Shown: piece after piece, positions 18,804-27,698 of the stretch | How positions within the stretch are numbered: position 1 is the first letter of the stretch | Layout of the letters: the number at the start of each line of letters is the position of its first letter | Assembly: GCA_020062425.1 (NCBI GenBank) | Contig: JAGUWJ010000070.1 | Span: 1-57,520 of the forward strand | Length of the DNA stretch: 57,520 nucleotides | DNA from: Actinomycetota bacterium | GTDB taxonomy: Bacteria > Actinomycetota > Geothermincolia > Fen-727 > Anoxymicrobiaceae | Direction: 5' to 3' | Translations under genes and position numbers: made by a program | Notes under the pieces: generated by a model | The model's input: only the letters and a program-made list of their open reading frames with translations | Databases searched by the model: none | What the model was told of the DNA's origin: nothing

Positions 18804-19349
18804 ATGAAAGTCAAAGTATGGAGATGCAGGATATGCGGCGACCCCTACATTGGGGCGGAGGCGCCGACCCACTGCCCGTTCTGCGGGGCGCACTCAGAGC
18901 ACATAATCCTCGCCAGCGACTGGGACGACCCCAGGGTCGCTTCCCTGAGCGATACCGACAGGGGCAACCTCGAGAAGGCGCTTAAGATCGAGCAATCCAA
19001 CACGGCGTACTATCGCTGCTCCGCCGGCAAAGCCGAAAAGGCGGGAGACTTCGAGGGTTTCGCCACCTTCAAGGCTCTCTCAAAGGTGGAAAACGAACAC
19101 GCCTCGACCATCCTGAAGATGCTGGGCCTGCCCAAGCCGGACAAAGAGCACACCGAAGAGTGCCACGACGCCTACGTCGACAATGTCAAGGAGTCGCTCA
19201 AGCGGGAGAAAAACGCCACCAAGTTCTACGCCGAGTCGGCTTCAGCCGCGACGGACCCCAGGGTCAAGGAGGTCTTCGCGGCTCTCTCCACCATAGAGGC
19301 CGACCACATACAGCTCGACGAGGACAAGCTGGCCAAACTCGAAGAATAA
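18804..19349 (+). CDS. reverse rubrerythrin-like protein (N-terminal rubredoxin + ferritin-like diiron domain)
   Basis: WRCRICG...CPFCGA, then ENEH and EADH ExxH motifs; GGAGG RBS. Confidence 0.88.
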   Translation: MKVKVWRCRICGDPYIGAEAPTHCPFCGAHSEHIILASDWDDPRVASLSDTDRGNLEKALKIEQSNTAYYRCSAGKAEKAGDFEGFATFKALSKVENEHASTILKMLGLPKPDKEHTEECHDAYVDNVKESLKREKNATKFYAESASAATDPRVKEVFAALSTIEADHIQLDEDKLAKLEE

Positions 19350-19395
19350 GCCGGCGGGCTGGCTCTGCATCTGAATTCCGGCTGCCAGAGGCGAG

Positions 19396-20586
19396 CTATT
19401 CTTCGATGTAATCTCTGAAAGAGCCGCTGACAGCGGGGTTGCTGAGCTTCGCGAGGGTCTTCGATTCGATCTGCCTTATACGCTCGCGCGTGACACCGAA
19501 CACTCGGCCTACTTCCTCCAGGGTCCTGGGCCTTCCGTCCAGAAACCCGAAACGCATCTGGACTATCCGTTTCTCTCTGGTCGAGAGGTCGTCGAGCACG
19601 TTTTCCAGTTGTTCCTGCAGCAGCGCGTAAGCAGCGGCGTCCATCGGCACAACCGCTTCACTGTCGTGGATGAAATCGGCGAGCGTGCTGTCTTCTTCCT
19701 TGCCTATCGGCGTCTCGAGCGATACGGGCACCTGGCTGGCCTTCTGTATCGCTCTCACTTTGTCGGGGCTCAGGTCCATCTCGCCGGCAAGCTCTTCCGG
19801 TGTTGGCTCGGTGCCGTTCTCCTGTAGCAAGCGCAGCCTGACTCGTGCGAGCCTGTTCATGTTCTCGACCATGTGGACCGGCACCCGGATGGTCCTTCCC
19901 TGGTCGGCCAGCGCCCGGGTGACCGCCTGGCGTATCCACCAGGTGGCATATGTGCTGAACTTGAAGCCTTTTGTGTAATCGTACTTCTCCACCCCGCGGA
20001 TCAGTCCGAGGTTGCCTTCCTGGATAAGGTCCAGGAAGAGCATGCCGCGCCCCACGTAACGCTTCGCTATGCTGACCACCAGCCGGAGATTCGCTTCGGC
20101 GAGCTTCTTCTTGGCCTCCAGCCCGTCCGCCTCGAGTTCTTTGAGGGCTTCCACCTCATCTTCGGGAAGCTGACCGTCCCGCTCCAGCGCAGTCGAGGCT
20201 TTGCAGCCACTCTCGATCCTGCGTGCCAGCGAGACCTCCTGCCCCGCCGTAAGCAGTGGGACCTTGCCGATCTCTTTGAGGTACATTCGTACGGGGTCGT
20301 TGAGCGGGCCTCCGTAAGAGTCGTCGTTCTCGGGAGCGGGTTCCGCTGTCTCCCCGCTCGCGCTCCCGTCGTCATCCGCTCCCTCGAGATCGTCAGTCAG
20401 CTCGTCCCGGATATCTATACCGGACTCGATCAAGCAGACGTATATGTCATCCATCTGGTCGGGAGATATCTCTACGCCTTTGAGTGCTTCGACGATGCCG
20501 CCCGTAGTGAGGAAGCCCTTCTCTCTTCCGGAGGCGGCAAGCTCGCGCACCTCTTCAAGGTCCGTAATCACAAGAAGGTCTGACAT
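19396..20586 (-). CDS. rpoD: RNA polymerase sigma-70 factor, RpoD-like (stand-alone copy)
   Basis: Region 1.1-like (GREKGFLT), 1.2 [11 protein letters not shown], region 2 [35 protein letters not shown], 4.2 [10 protein letters not shown]. Confidence 0.92.
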   Translation of the reverse strand: MSDLLVITDLEEVRELAASGREKGFLTTGGIVEALKGVEISPDQMDDIYVCLIESGIDIRDELTDDLEGADDDGSASGETAEPAPENDDSYGGPLNDPVRMYLKEIGKVPLLTAGQEVSLARRIESGCKASTALERDGQLPEDEVEALKELEADGLEAKKKLAEANLRLVVSIAKRYVGRGMLFLDLIQEGNLGLIRGVEKYDYTKGFKFSTYATWWIRQAVTRALADQGRTIRVPVHMVENMNRLARVRLRLLQENGTEPTPEELAGEMDLSPDKVRAIQKASQVPVSLETPIGKEEDSTLADFIHDSEAVVPMDAAAYALLQEQLENVLDDLSTREKRIVQMRFGFLDGRPRTLEEVGRVFGVTRERIRQIESKTLAKLSNPAVSGSFRDYIEE

Positions 20587-20618
20587 GGGAATTTCCTTGT
20601 TGCGGCCGTCCAGATCGC

Positions 20619-20693
20619 CCTCCTCTTCGCAGAAAAAAAGCCCCGAGAATCGCTTCTCGGGACCTCTCGATCTCACCAAAGAAAACCAGACTC
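20619..20693 (-). promoter_or_regulatory. conserved 5' leader with terminator-like hairpin, copy 1 (rpoD)
   Basis: Minus strand GAGT...TTCTTTGGT-11-GTCCCGAGAA(GCGA)TTCTCGGGGC-TTTTTTT-CTGC...AGGAGG; near-identical element at 55117-55191. Confidence 0.75.
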
Positions 20694-20700
20694 GTCTATA

Positions 20701-21921
20701 TTATCTCACACTTATGTGATCAGTCGCGCGTGATCTGGCGCCGGGCGTCGATACGCGGTAGACCACTCCAACGTAATCGTCAGAGATAAACATGGTCCCG
20801 CCGCCATCGAACAGTATGTCTACGGGCCTTCCCACGTAATCGCCTGCGGACTCGAGCCAGCCCGTTATCATGTCGCGGAAGCCCTTGTAGCCGCCGTCCG
20901 AATCCAGTTCGAACCTGACCACCTTGTAGCCGGTGGGGACGCTCCGGTTCCATGAGCCGTGGTAGGCGACCGCGAGGTCTCCCTCGTACTCTGCCGGCCA
21001 TCCGCGCTCGGGGAAGAACGCGAGTCCCAGCGGCGCTGAATGAGCCTGGATGTCGATGTGGGAAGGGGTCTTGCCTCCGCAGGGGTCGTCCGAGGTCGGG
21101 TTGGGGTCGAAGTCATCGTCGTGGACGTTCTTCCCGTAACAGACGGGCCAGCCGTAGTCTCCTCCCTCTCGAACGATGTTTATCTCGTCGGGCGGCACGT
21201 CGTCTCCCAGAAGATCGCGACCCATCTCGGTGGCCCAGATCTCGCCTGTCCCAGGACGGACCGCCATGAAGACAGAGTTGCGCAGGCCCGAGGCGAACGT
21301 CTCCACAGCTCCCCCGTCGACGTCCACCACCAGTATCCTGGCTCTCCTCTGGTCCTCCTCATAGCACACGTTGCACGACGAGCCTACGGATATGAGGAGC
21401 CTGTCCTGGTCGGGGGCAGGCATGAACAACAGCGAGCGGGTGAAGTGAACACCCCTTGACGGCAGATCTGCGATCTTTCGCTTCCCCGTCACGCTAAACG
21501 ACGGCGGGTCGTAGTCGTAGACAGCGACCTGGTCGGTCTCTGCAATGTAGAGCTTGGTTTCATCCGACGGATCGAAAGCAAGGCCGTGTGGGAGATTCAA
21601 GCCCTCTGCCACCGTCACTGTCTCATCTGATGCGCCGTCATTGTTCTTATCGGGGAGCGCAAGTACCTTGCCCTGGCGTGGGGTGCTGACCAGTATCGTC
21701 CCTTTCGAATCGAGGACCAGGTCTCGCGGTCCCTCCAGGTCCTTTGCGAAGAACGAAATCGAGGCCCCGTCTTCAAGTTCCAGCGGCATCCCCGTTGAAT
21801 TGGCTGCTTCTGAATCTGCGCGCGGGCTGGAATCTTCCGGGGGAGCGTCGCTGCCGCAACCCGCGAGCCCAACGAGCAGCATCGCGGTCAAAACGAAAAC
21901 GAGAGCGTTTCTACCATTCAT
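20701..21921 (-). CDS. PQQ-dependent glucose/sorbosone dehydrogenase family lipoprotein
   Basis: Lipobox LAGC; SVGSSCNVC, GLRNSV, DYGWP, AHSAPLG, HGSWNR, GRPVD motifs. Confidence 0.9.
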   Translation of the reverse strand: MNGRNALVFVLTAMLLVGLAGCGSDAPPEDSSPRADSEAANSTGMPLELEDGASISFFAKDLEGPRDLVLDSKGTILVSTPRQGKVLALPDKNNDGASDETVTVAEGLNLPHGLAFDPSDETKLYIAETDQVAVYDYDPPSFSVTGKRKIADLPSRGVHFTRSLLFMPAPDQDRLLISVGSSCNVCYEEDQRRARILVVDVDGGAVETFASGLRNSVFMAVRPGTGEIWATEMGRDLLGDDVPPDEINIVREGGDYGWPVCYGKNVHDDDFDPNPTSDDPCGGKTPSHIDIQAHSAPLGLAFFPERGWPAEYEGDLAVAYHGSWNRSVPTGYKVVRFELDSDGGYKGFRDMITGWLESAGDYVGRPVDILFDGGGTMFISDDYVGVVYRVSTPGARSRATDHISVR

Positions 21922-22074
21922 CTGCAAGAATCCCTCTCTCTGAATGCATGTTTATCTTCTCGGCTCCCGCGGCAGCCCCTCCCCCAGGCTGCGGTTCGAG
22001 TACTTGGAGGTTTTAGGCTGCAGGAGATGAAGTGAGTCCAGGCAAGCGCGTCTTACGCCAGAGGGAGTGAAAGT

Positions 22075-23034
22075 TTGAGGCTTTTTCGGCCTGAAGTGTT
22101 CCAGGGGAGCTTACGGAAAAGACATTACTTTGAGGGGTGGTACTTCAAGCACGTCTCCCCTGACCTCGAAAACGCCTACGCATTCATCGCCGGAATCTCG
22201 CTCGCGCCGGGCGATTCCCACTCGTTCATCCAGATCCTGAACGGCATCACCGGAGAGACACACTACGCGCAGTACGGCGTGGACGATTTCACCTGGGAGA
22301 GAGACCGGCTCCTGGTGCGGGTGGGCGACTCGCTCTTCACCGATAAGTTCATCGAGCTGGCCATCGACAGCCCGGGGGTGAACGCCGCCGGAAGGGTCGA
22401 GTACCTGGACCCGGTACGGTACCCGAAGAGCCTCCTCGCGCCGGGAATAATGGGGTGGTACCAGTACGTCCCGTTCATGGAGTGCTACCACGGCATAGTC
22501 TCCGCCGACCACTCACTCAGGGGCACCGTAACAGTGAACGGTGCGACCATCGACTTCGGCGGGGGGAGGGGCTACATCGAGAAGGACTGGGGCAGGTCGT
22601 TCCCCGACGGATACCTCTGGCTGCAGTGCAACACCTTCGAGGCAGACGGCGTATCTCTTTTCCTTTCCGTGGCAAGAATACCCTGGCTGGGCAGGTTCTT
22701 CGTCGGGCTCATCAGCTTCCTCTATTGCGACGGCGGGTTTCACCTCTTCAGCACTTACAACAGGTCGAAGATCGCAGAAACAAGGCACGGCGGCGGCTCG
22801 CTCGCAGTCACGCTCGAGAACGCGCAGTCGCGCCTGGAGGCGGAGGCTTCGATGAGCAGGTCCGGCGAGCTCAAGGCACCCTCATCCGGCGAGATGTCGC
22901 GGCGCATCAAGGAGAGCATCGACTCGGAGGTACGGGCGAGACTCACCAGCAGCCGGGACGGAAAGGTCATATTCGAGGGCTTCGGCCGGAGGGCCGGGCT
23001 CGAGGTAATAGAGAAGATATTCGACTATGTCTGA
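22075..23034 (+). CDS. tocopherol cyclase family protein
   Basis: YFEGWYFK, IMGWY..VPFMECYHG, GYIEKDWGRSFP..YLWLQCN motifs. Confidence 0.88.
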   Translation: MRLFRPEVFQGSLRKRHYFEGWYFKHVSPDLENAYAFIAGISLAPGDSHSFIQILNGITGETHYAQYGVDDFTWERDRLLVRVGDSLFTDKFIELAIDSPGVNAAGRVEYLDPVRYPKSLLAPGIMGWYQYVPFMECYHGIVSADHSLRGTVTVNGATIDFGGGRGYIEKDWGRSFPDGYLWLQCNTFEADGVSLFLSVARIPWLGRFFVGLISFLYCDGGFHLFSTYNRSKIAETRHGGGSLAVTLENAQSRLEAEASMSRSGELKAPSSGEMSRRIKESIDSEVRARLTSSRDGKVIFEGFGRRAGLEVIEKIFDYV

Positions 23035-23038
23035 CCGC

Positions 23039-23308
23039 TCAACCGTCCTTGAGCGTCGGATCGTGCTTTCCGATATTCCTCAGGACAACGGTGGATCCCT
23101 CCTCTCCGAACTCCCAGGTGAAACGGTAGAAATCCGTAACACGGGAAGCGTAGACTCCACCTTTGATCCTTTCAGTTTTGAGCGAGGGGTAGAACGGGTC
23201 CTCAATGAAGAGTTCGATCTGCTTGCTGAATCTCTTCTTGATATCCCTGGGGAGTTTGTCAAAGGCTCTGTCGAACCTTCGTAGACTTACGATTCTTTCC
23301 AGAGGCAC
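23039..23308 (-). CDS. type II TA toxin, RelE/ParE superfamily
   Basis: F.RAFDKL...F.EDP.YPSLKT.RI...RVT.FYR.T...LRNIG.HD pattern; overlaps the antitoxin. Confidence 0.8.
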   Translation of the reverse strand: MPLERIVSLRRFDRAFDKLPRDIKKRFSKQIELFIEDPFYPSLKTERIKGGVYASRVTDFYRFTWEFGEEGSTVVLRNIGKHDPTLKDG

Positions 23309-23588
23309 GCGAACTGATCTCCTTCTTGAACTCCTCCACCTCCATCACGGTAAACCTGCCTGCCTTGAGATCCTCATCGGCCTCCCGTTCGCCCGCCTGC
23401 CATTCAGGAGTCCAGAACCATGCCTGAGATCTATCGATTGAGAGCTGGGGAGTTACCTCGAACGTGCCGCTGGATTCATCGACATGAACGCAGACGGTAT
23501 CGCCGTCGGCCAGGTTCAGCCGTTTTCTCACATCGGCGGGTATGACCATGGTGCCCCTCTTACCGATTCTGGTGATCACGTCTTTCAC
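23259..23588 (-). CDS. AbrB/MazE/SpoVT family antitoxin
   Basis: RIGKRGTMVIPADVRKRLNLADGD AbrB motif plus QAWFWTPEWQAGEREAD tail; GAGGAGG RBS before GTG. Confidence 0.88.
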   Translation of the reverse strand: MKDVITRIGKRGTMVIPADVRKRLNLADGDTVCVHVDESSGTFEVTPQLSIDRSQAWFWTPEWQAGEREADEDLKAGRFTVMEVEEFKKEISSRASGKNRKSTKVRQSL

Positions 23589-23611
23589 TCAGTCCTCCTC
23601 ACCGATTACTT

Positions 23612-23649
23612 CTGATATTCAGAATATCAGTACTTCAGAGCAATGTCAA
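23612..23649 (-). promoter_or_regulatory. sigma-70 promoter of the TA operon with overlapping palindromic operator
   Basis: Minus strand TTGACA (23649-23644)-17 nt-TATTCT (23626-23621) with TGn extension; perfect palindrome CTGATATTC-A-GAATATCAG at 23612-23630. Confidence 0.8.
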
Positions 23650-23656
23650 TCAGGTT

Positions 23657-23697
23657 CCGGGAATTCCGCTTCGCCTACGGCTCCGCTCCATTCCCGG
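23657..23697. repeat. REP-like inverted-repeat element
   Basis: CCGGGAAT...ATTCCCGG arms around a pyrimidine-rich core CTTCGCCTACGGCTCCGCTCC; single copy in the window. Confidence 0.35.
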
Positions 23698-23790
23698 GGC
23701 AGGCAAGACCTCTCCTCTTGCCTACCAAGGTTTTACAGCAGCCCGTTAAGAGTTGAATTGATATGCATCGGAGTGTCGCGCCCAGTGATA

Positions 23791-24576
23791 CTACCTGGTG
23801 TAGCGCTCGATCATGCGCAGTATGAAGTACTTGAGCGGCCTGGGCGTGATGCCCATCACCATAACGTTAAAGCGGTTGACGAACCCCGGCACTACCACTA
23901 CCTTGCCGCGTCTGAGGCCCTTGAGCGATGCGTTCACCACGGTATCCGTATTCGTCCACAAGATCCAGGGGATGCTTCTCTCCAGGCCAATCGCCTCAAA
24001 GATGCCGGTGTGAGTGAATCCCGGGCAGAGCGCCTGTACACGCACGCCGGTGCCTTTGAGTTCTTCGTGAAGGGTCTCCGTGAACATTATCAAGAACGCC
24101 TTGGTGGCGCTGTATGTGACGTTGTAAGGCACGGGGATTATGCCGCCGACCGAGGCTACGTTTATCACGACGCCGTTGCCGCGCGCGGTCATGCCGGGGA
24201 GCGCCGCGTGAGTCAGCCGCAGGATCGCGACGTCGTGCAGCTTCAGAAGCCGCAGCTGAGAATCGATATCGATCTCCACGAAGACTCCGTTGAGGCCGGT
24301 GCCGGCGTTGTTCACCAGGATGTCGGGCGCATTCGAGCCGGCAAGGCGCTCCTCCAGGCGGGCCACGTCCTCGTCGCGCTCGAGATCGGCAACGATGACC
24401 TCGACGTCTATTCCGTGTTTTCCGGAAAGTTCACAAGCGAGTCTTTCGAGGAGTTCCTTGCGCCTGGCGGTTACGATGAGGTTGCAGCCGTCCTCGGCCA
24501 GCTTGCGGGCGAAAACCTCCCCGATTCCGCTGGACGCCCCTGTCACGAGCGCGGTCTTGCCTTTGAACTCGGGCAT
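23791..24576 (-). CDS. SDR family oxidoreductase
   Basis: TGASSGIG, NNAG, YSATK; GGAGG RBS before ATG 24576. Confidence 0.92.
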   Translation of the reverse strand: MPEFKGKTALVTGASSGIGEVFARKLAEDGCNLIVTARRKELLERLACELSGKHGIDVEVIVADLERDEDVARLEERLAGSNAPDILVNNAGTGLNGVFVEIDIDSQLRLLKLHDVAILRLTHAALPGMTARGNGVVINVASVGGIIPVPYNVTYSATKAFLIMFTETLHEELKGTGVRVQALCPGFTHTGIFEAIGLERSIPWILWTNTDTVVNASLKGLRRGKVVVVPGFVNRFNVMVMGITPRPLKYFILRMIERYTR

Positions 24577-24751
24577 CGAAGCCACCTCCAGCCTTGGAGC
24601 AGCGCCCGTGAGACGGGTGTTCCGCTTCCCCGTATCCCGCACAACGGATACCACTATAACGCTTGAACTTATGTATTACACTAGAGACATGGGACCTCTA
24701 ACAAGTGGCGCATCCGGTCCTTGACCGGGTGCCGATCAGCGGAGGCGGTCT

Positions 24752-27367
24752 TTGAACGAAGAGCAGGTCACGAGCGGCATACCCGAGCTCGACGAGATAG
24801 TGCAGGGGCTGCGCCTGGGTGACAACGTGGTGTTCCAGGTGCAGCGCCTCTCCGATTACCAGTTCTTCGCCCTGCCGTTCCTCGAGCGCGCGCTCTCCGA
24901 GTCGCGGAAATGCGTGTACCTCCGCTTCGCGCCCCAGCCCCCGGTTTCCATGCCCCGCGAGGGGTTGAGGATAGTAGAGATTAACCCGGGTCAGGGGTTC
25001 GACGCGTTCAGCCGCGAGGTGCACGAGTTAGTCGAGGAGAGCGGCAAGCGCACCTACTATGTGCTGGACAACCTCTCCAGGCTCGCGCTGGAGTGGGCGA
25101 CCGACGAGCTCCTGGCGAACTTCTTCCAGGTCACATGCCCGCTGATGTTCGAGCTGGACTGCGTGGCCTACTTCGCGCTCTCCAGGGGTAAGCACGACCA
25201 CTCGGCCATCGCACGCATCAGAGACACCACCCAGCTCTTGCTCGATGTGTTCCGTATTGACGAGCATATGTACGTCCACCCACTCAAAGTCTGGGACCGC
25301 TATTCCCCCTACATGTTCCTCCCCCACTCCGTGGCAGACGGCACCTGGCAGCCGGTTTTCGACAGCGGCACCGCGGCCGCGGTCTCAGCCGAGGCCAACG
25401 TGCAGCCGTTCGAGCCCCCCGCCAGCGGACTCGCTCCCTGGGACAGCGTCTACGACAAGCTGAAAGCCCGAATGACCACCACCTCTCCGGGCGACCCGGA
25501 GGTGGAGGCTCTGAAAAGCGAGTTCGCCAGGATGCTCACAGGGCAGCACCAGGACTTCTCCGGCATCATCGATGAGTACCTGACGCTGGAAGACCTCCTC
25601 GGTGTGAGGCACAGGATGCTGGGCTCCGGCCAGATAGGCGGCAAGGCCACGGGAATGCTCCTGGCCCGCGCTATTCTCGGGAACAGGGGCTCCTGGGAAG
25701 GTGTGGTGTTCGACGACATACTGGACAGCCACGACTCTTTTTATATCGGCGCCGACGTCTTCTTCAGCTTCCTGGTGCAGAACGACCTGTTCCGCCTGCG
25801 TCTCAAGATGACATCCGACAGCGCCATCAGCGACGAAGAGTTCGCGGAAGTCGAAAGGCGCTTCCTCGAAGGGCGCTTCTCCCACTCGGTCGAAGAGCAG
25901 TTCCGCGACCTGCTCGACTACTACGGACAGGCTCCGATAATCGTCAGGTCCTCCAGCCTTCTGGAAGACAGCTTCGGCAACGCTTTCGCAGGCAAGTACC
26001 GGAGCGAATTCTGCGCCAACCAGGGCTCACCCGATGAGCGTCTGGAGGTGTTCAAGCGGGCTGTGAAGCTCGTCTACGCGAGCGCCTTAAACCCTGACGC
26101 CCTAGCCTACAGGCGCAAGCGCGGCCTGGGTGTGAACGACGAGCAGATGGCGATACTGGTGCAGCGGGTGTCGGGGACACCTTACCGCGGCTACTTCTTC
26201 CCGCCGCTCGCCGGGGTTGCTTTCTCCAAGAACCTCTACGCCTGGGGCGACAGGATCGACCCGCGGGAGGGAGTGGTGCGTATAGTGATGGGGCTGGGCA
26301 CCAGGGCTGTGGACCGGGTGGCGAGCGACTACCCGCGCATGCTGGCGCTCAGCCACCCCGAGCTGCGCCCTGAGGGGTCCGGCGAGATTTCAAAGTACTC
26401 GCAGCACTACGTGGACCTCCTCGACTTGCGCGCCAACAGTTTCAGCACGGTGCCGCTGGACGAACTGCTCGTCGACGGGGACTACCCCGACCTGAGCCTG
26501 ATAGCCTCGCTCGAGCAGGACGGCTCGGTGATCGACTTCATTGGCAGGTGCCTTCCCGCGGGGCACAGGAAGCTGGTTCTCACCTTCGACCGCCTGGTGA
26601 AGAAGACGAAGTTCGTAGAGGTGTTGCGCGCAATGCTGGCCTGCCTGGAGGACGGGTACGGGTGCCCTGTCGACATCGAGTTTACCGCGTTCGCGGGCAG
26701 AAAAGACCGGGTGCGTGTTAACCTGCTGCAGTGCAGGCCGCTCTTCGTGGCGGGTGAATCCGGGGTGGCCATGGTGCCCGATTCTCTCGAACCGTGGAGG
26801 GTGCTCTTCCGCACCGGGCGCATGATAGGGGCCGGGCGCTTGGGCGGCATCCGCTACATCCTCTACATCGACCCCCGCAGGTACAGCGCCATGACCGACC
26901 CGGACCTGCGCCGGGGCCTGGGCAGGCTCATCGGCCGGTTGAACGACCACCCGCGGGTCAAGGAGGACAGGATAGTGCTGATGGGCCCGGGCCGCTGGGG
27001 CTCGACCAACCTCGAGCTGGGCATAGACGTCCGCTATGGTGAGATAGACAACGCCTGCGCGCTCATCGAACTCGCCCGTGAGGAGTCGGGGCACGTGCCG
27101 GAGGTCTCGTACGGGACGCACTTCTTCCAGGACCTGGTGGAGGAAGGGATAATCTACATGCCGGTCTGGCCGGACGATCCGGGCTCTGAGTTCAACGAGC
27201 GGTTCTTCGAAGCCGAGCCTAATGCGTTGCTCGAGCTGGTGCCGGGCGCGGAGGACGTTCTCGACGTGGTCAAGGTCATCGACCTGGGCGCGGAGAACCG
27301 CGGGAGGACAGGCGTGGTTGTGGCCGACCCGCGCAGCCGCAAGGCGCTGATGTACCTCGAGGGCTGA
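24752..27367 (+). CDS. PEP/pyruvate-binding (PPDK_N ATP-grasp) domain protein with degenerate KaiC/RecA-like N-terminus
   Basis: N-terminus TSGIPELDEIVQGLRLGDNVV; IGGKATG, VRSSSLLEDS..AFAGKY, GLGTRAV, PVDIEF, LLQCRP; C-terminal GPGRWG and SYGTHFFQDL. Confidence 0.85.
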   Translation: MNEEQVTSGIPELDEIVQGLRLGDNVVFQVQRLSDYQFFALPFLERALSESRKCVYLRFAPQPPVSMPREGLRIVEINPGQGFDAFSREVHELVEESGKRTYYVLDNLSRLALEWATDELLANFFQVTCPLMFELDCVAYFALSRGKHDHSAIARIRDTTQLLLDVFRIDEHMYVHPLKVWDRYSPYMFLPHSVADGTWQPVFDSGTAAAVSAEANVQPFEPPASGLAPWDSVYDKLKARMTTTSPGDPEVEALKSEFARMLTGQHQDFSGIIDEYLTLEDLLGVRHRMLGSGQIGGKATGMLLARAILGNRGSWEGVVFDDILDSHDSFYIGADVFFSFLVQNDLFRLRLKMTSDSAISDEEFAEVERRFLEGRFSHSVEEQFRDLLDYYGQAPIIVRSSSLLEDSFGNAFAGKYRSEFCANQGSPDERLEVFKRAVKLVYASALNPDALAYRRKRGLGVNDEQMAILVQRVSGTPYRGYFFPPLAGVAFSKNLYAWGDRIDPREGVVRIVMGLGTRAVDRVASDYPRMLALSHPELRPEGSGEISKYSQHYVDLLDLRANSFSTVPLDELLVDGDYPDLSLIASLEQDGSVIDFIGRCLPAGHRKLVLTFDRLVKKTKFVEVLRAMLACLEDGYGCPVDIEFTAFAGRKDRVRVNLLQCRPLFVAGESGVAMVPDSLEPWRVLFRTGRMIGAGRLGGIRYILYIDPRRYSAMTDPDLRRGLGRLIGRLNDHPRVKEDRIVLMGPGRWGSTNLELGIDVRYGEIDNACALIELAREESGHVPEVSYGTHFFQDLVEEGIIYMPVWPDDPGSEFNERFFEAEPNALLELVPGAEDVLDVVKVIDLGAENRGRTGVVVADPRSRKALMYLEG

Positions 27368-27379
27368 ACCCAGGGGCGC

Positions 27380-27694
27380 TCAGTTGGATCCGGGGAACTC
27401 GATAGTCCTCAGTCGGGGGAATTCCCTCGGCGCCTCGTTTATGAGTGGGCACTCGTCACAGTACTCGAGCGCGTATCGAACGTAATGCCCGACCGTGGCG
27501 AGTCTCTCGCGAAGCTCGTCACTCCCTGCTCCAGCGCCAGCCTCGTTGATGACCGCCGAGGCGTCTCTCATGAGGCTCTTCATAACGTTTCTGAAGGCTC
27601 GAAAGCCATCGTCCGGGTTTATGCCGCTGATAGGATCCCTCCTTTCAACCGTGAACGCCGCCGCCGGAACGGCATACGTCCCTCCGCTCTTCAA
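27380..27694 (-). CDS. small hypothetical protein
   Basis: ORF fills the gap directly downstream of gdh; helical with a CDEC motif; weak RBS, start uncertain. Confidence 0.4.
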   Translation of the reverse strand: MKSGGTYAVPAAAFTVERRDPISGINPDDGFRAFRNVMKSLMRDASAVINEAGAGAGSDELRERLATVGHYVRYALEYCDECPLINEAPREFPRLRTIEFPGSN

Positions 27695-27698
27695 CGGG

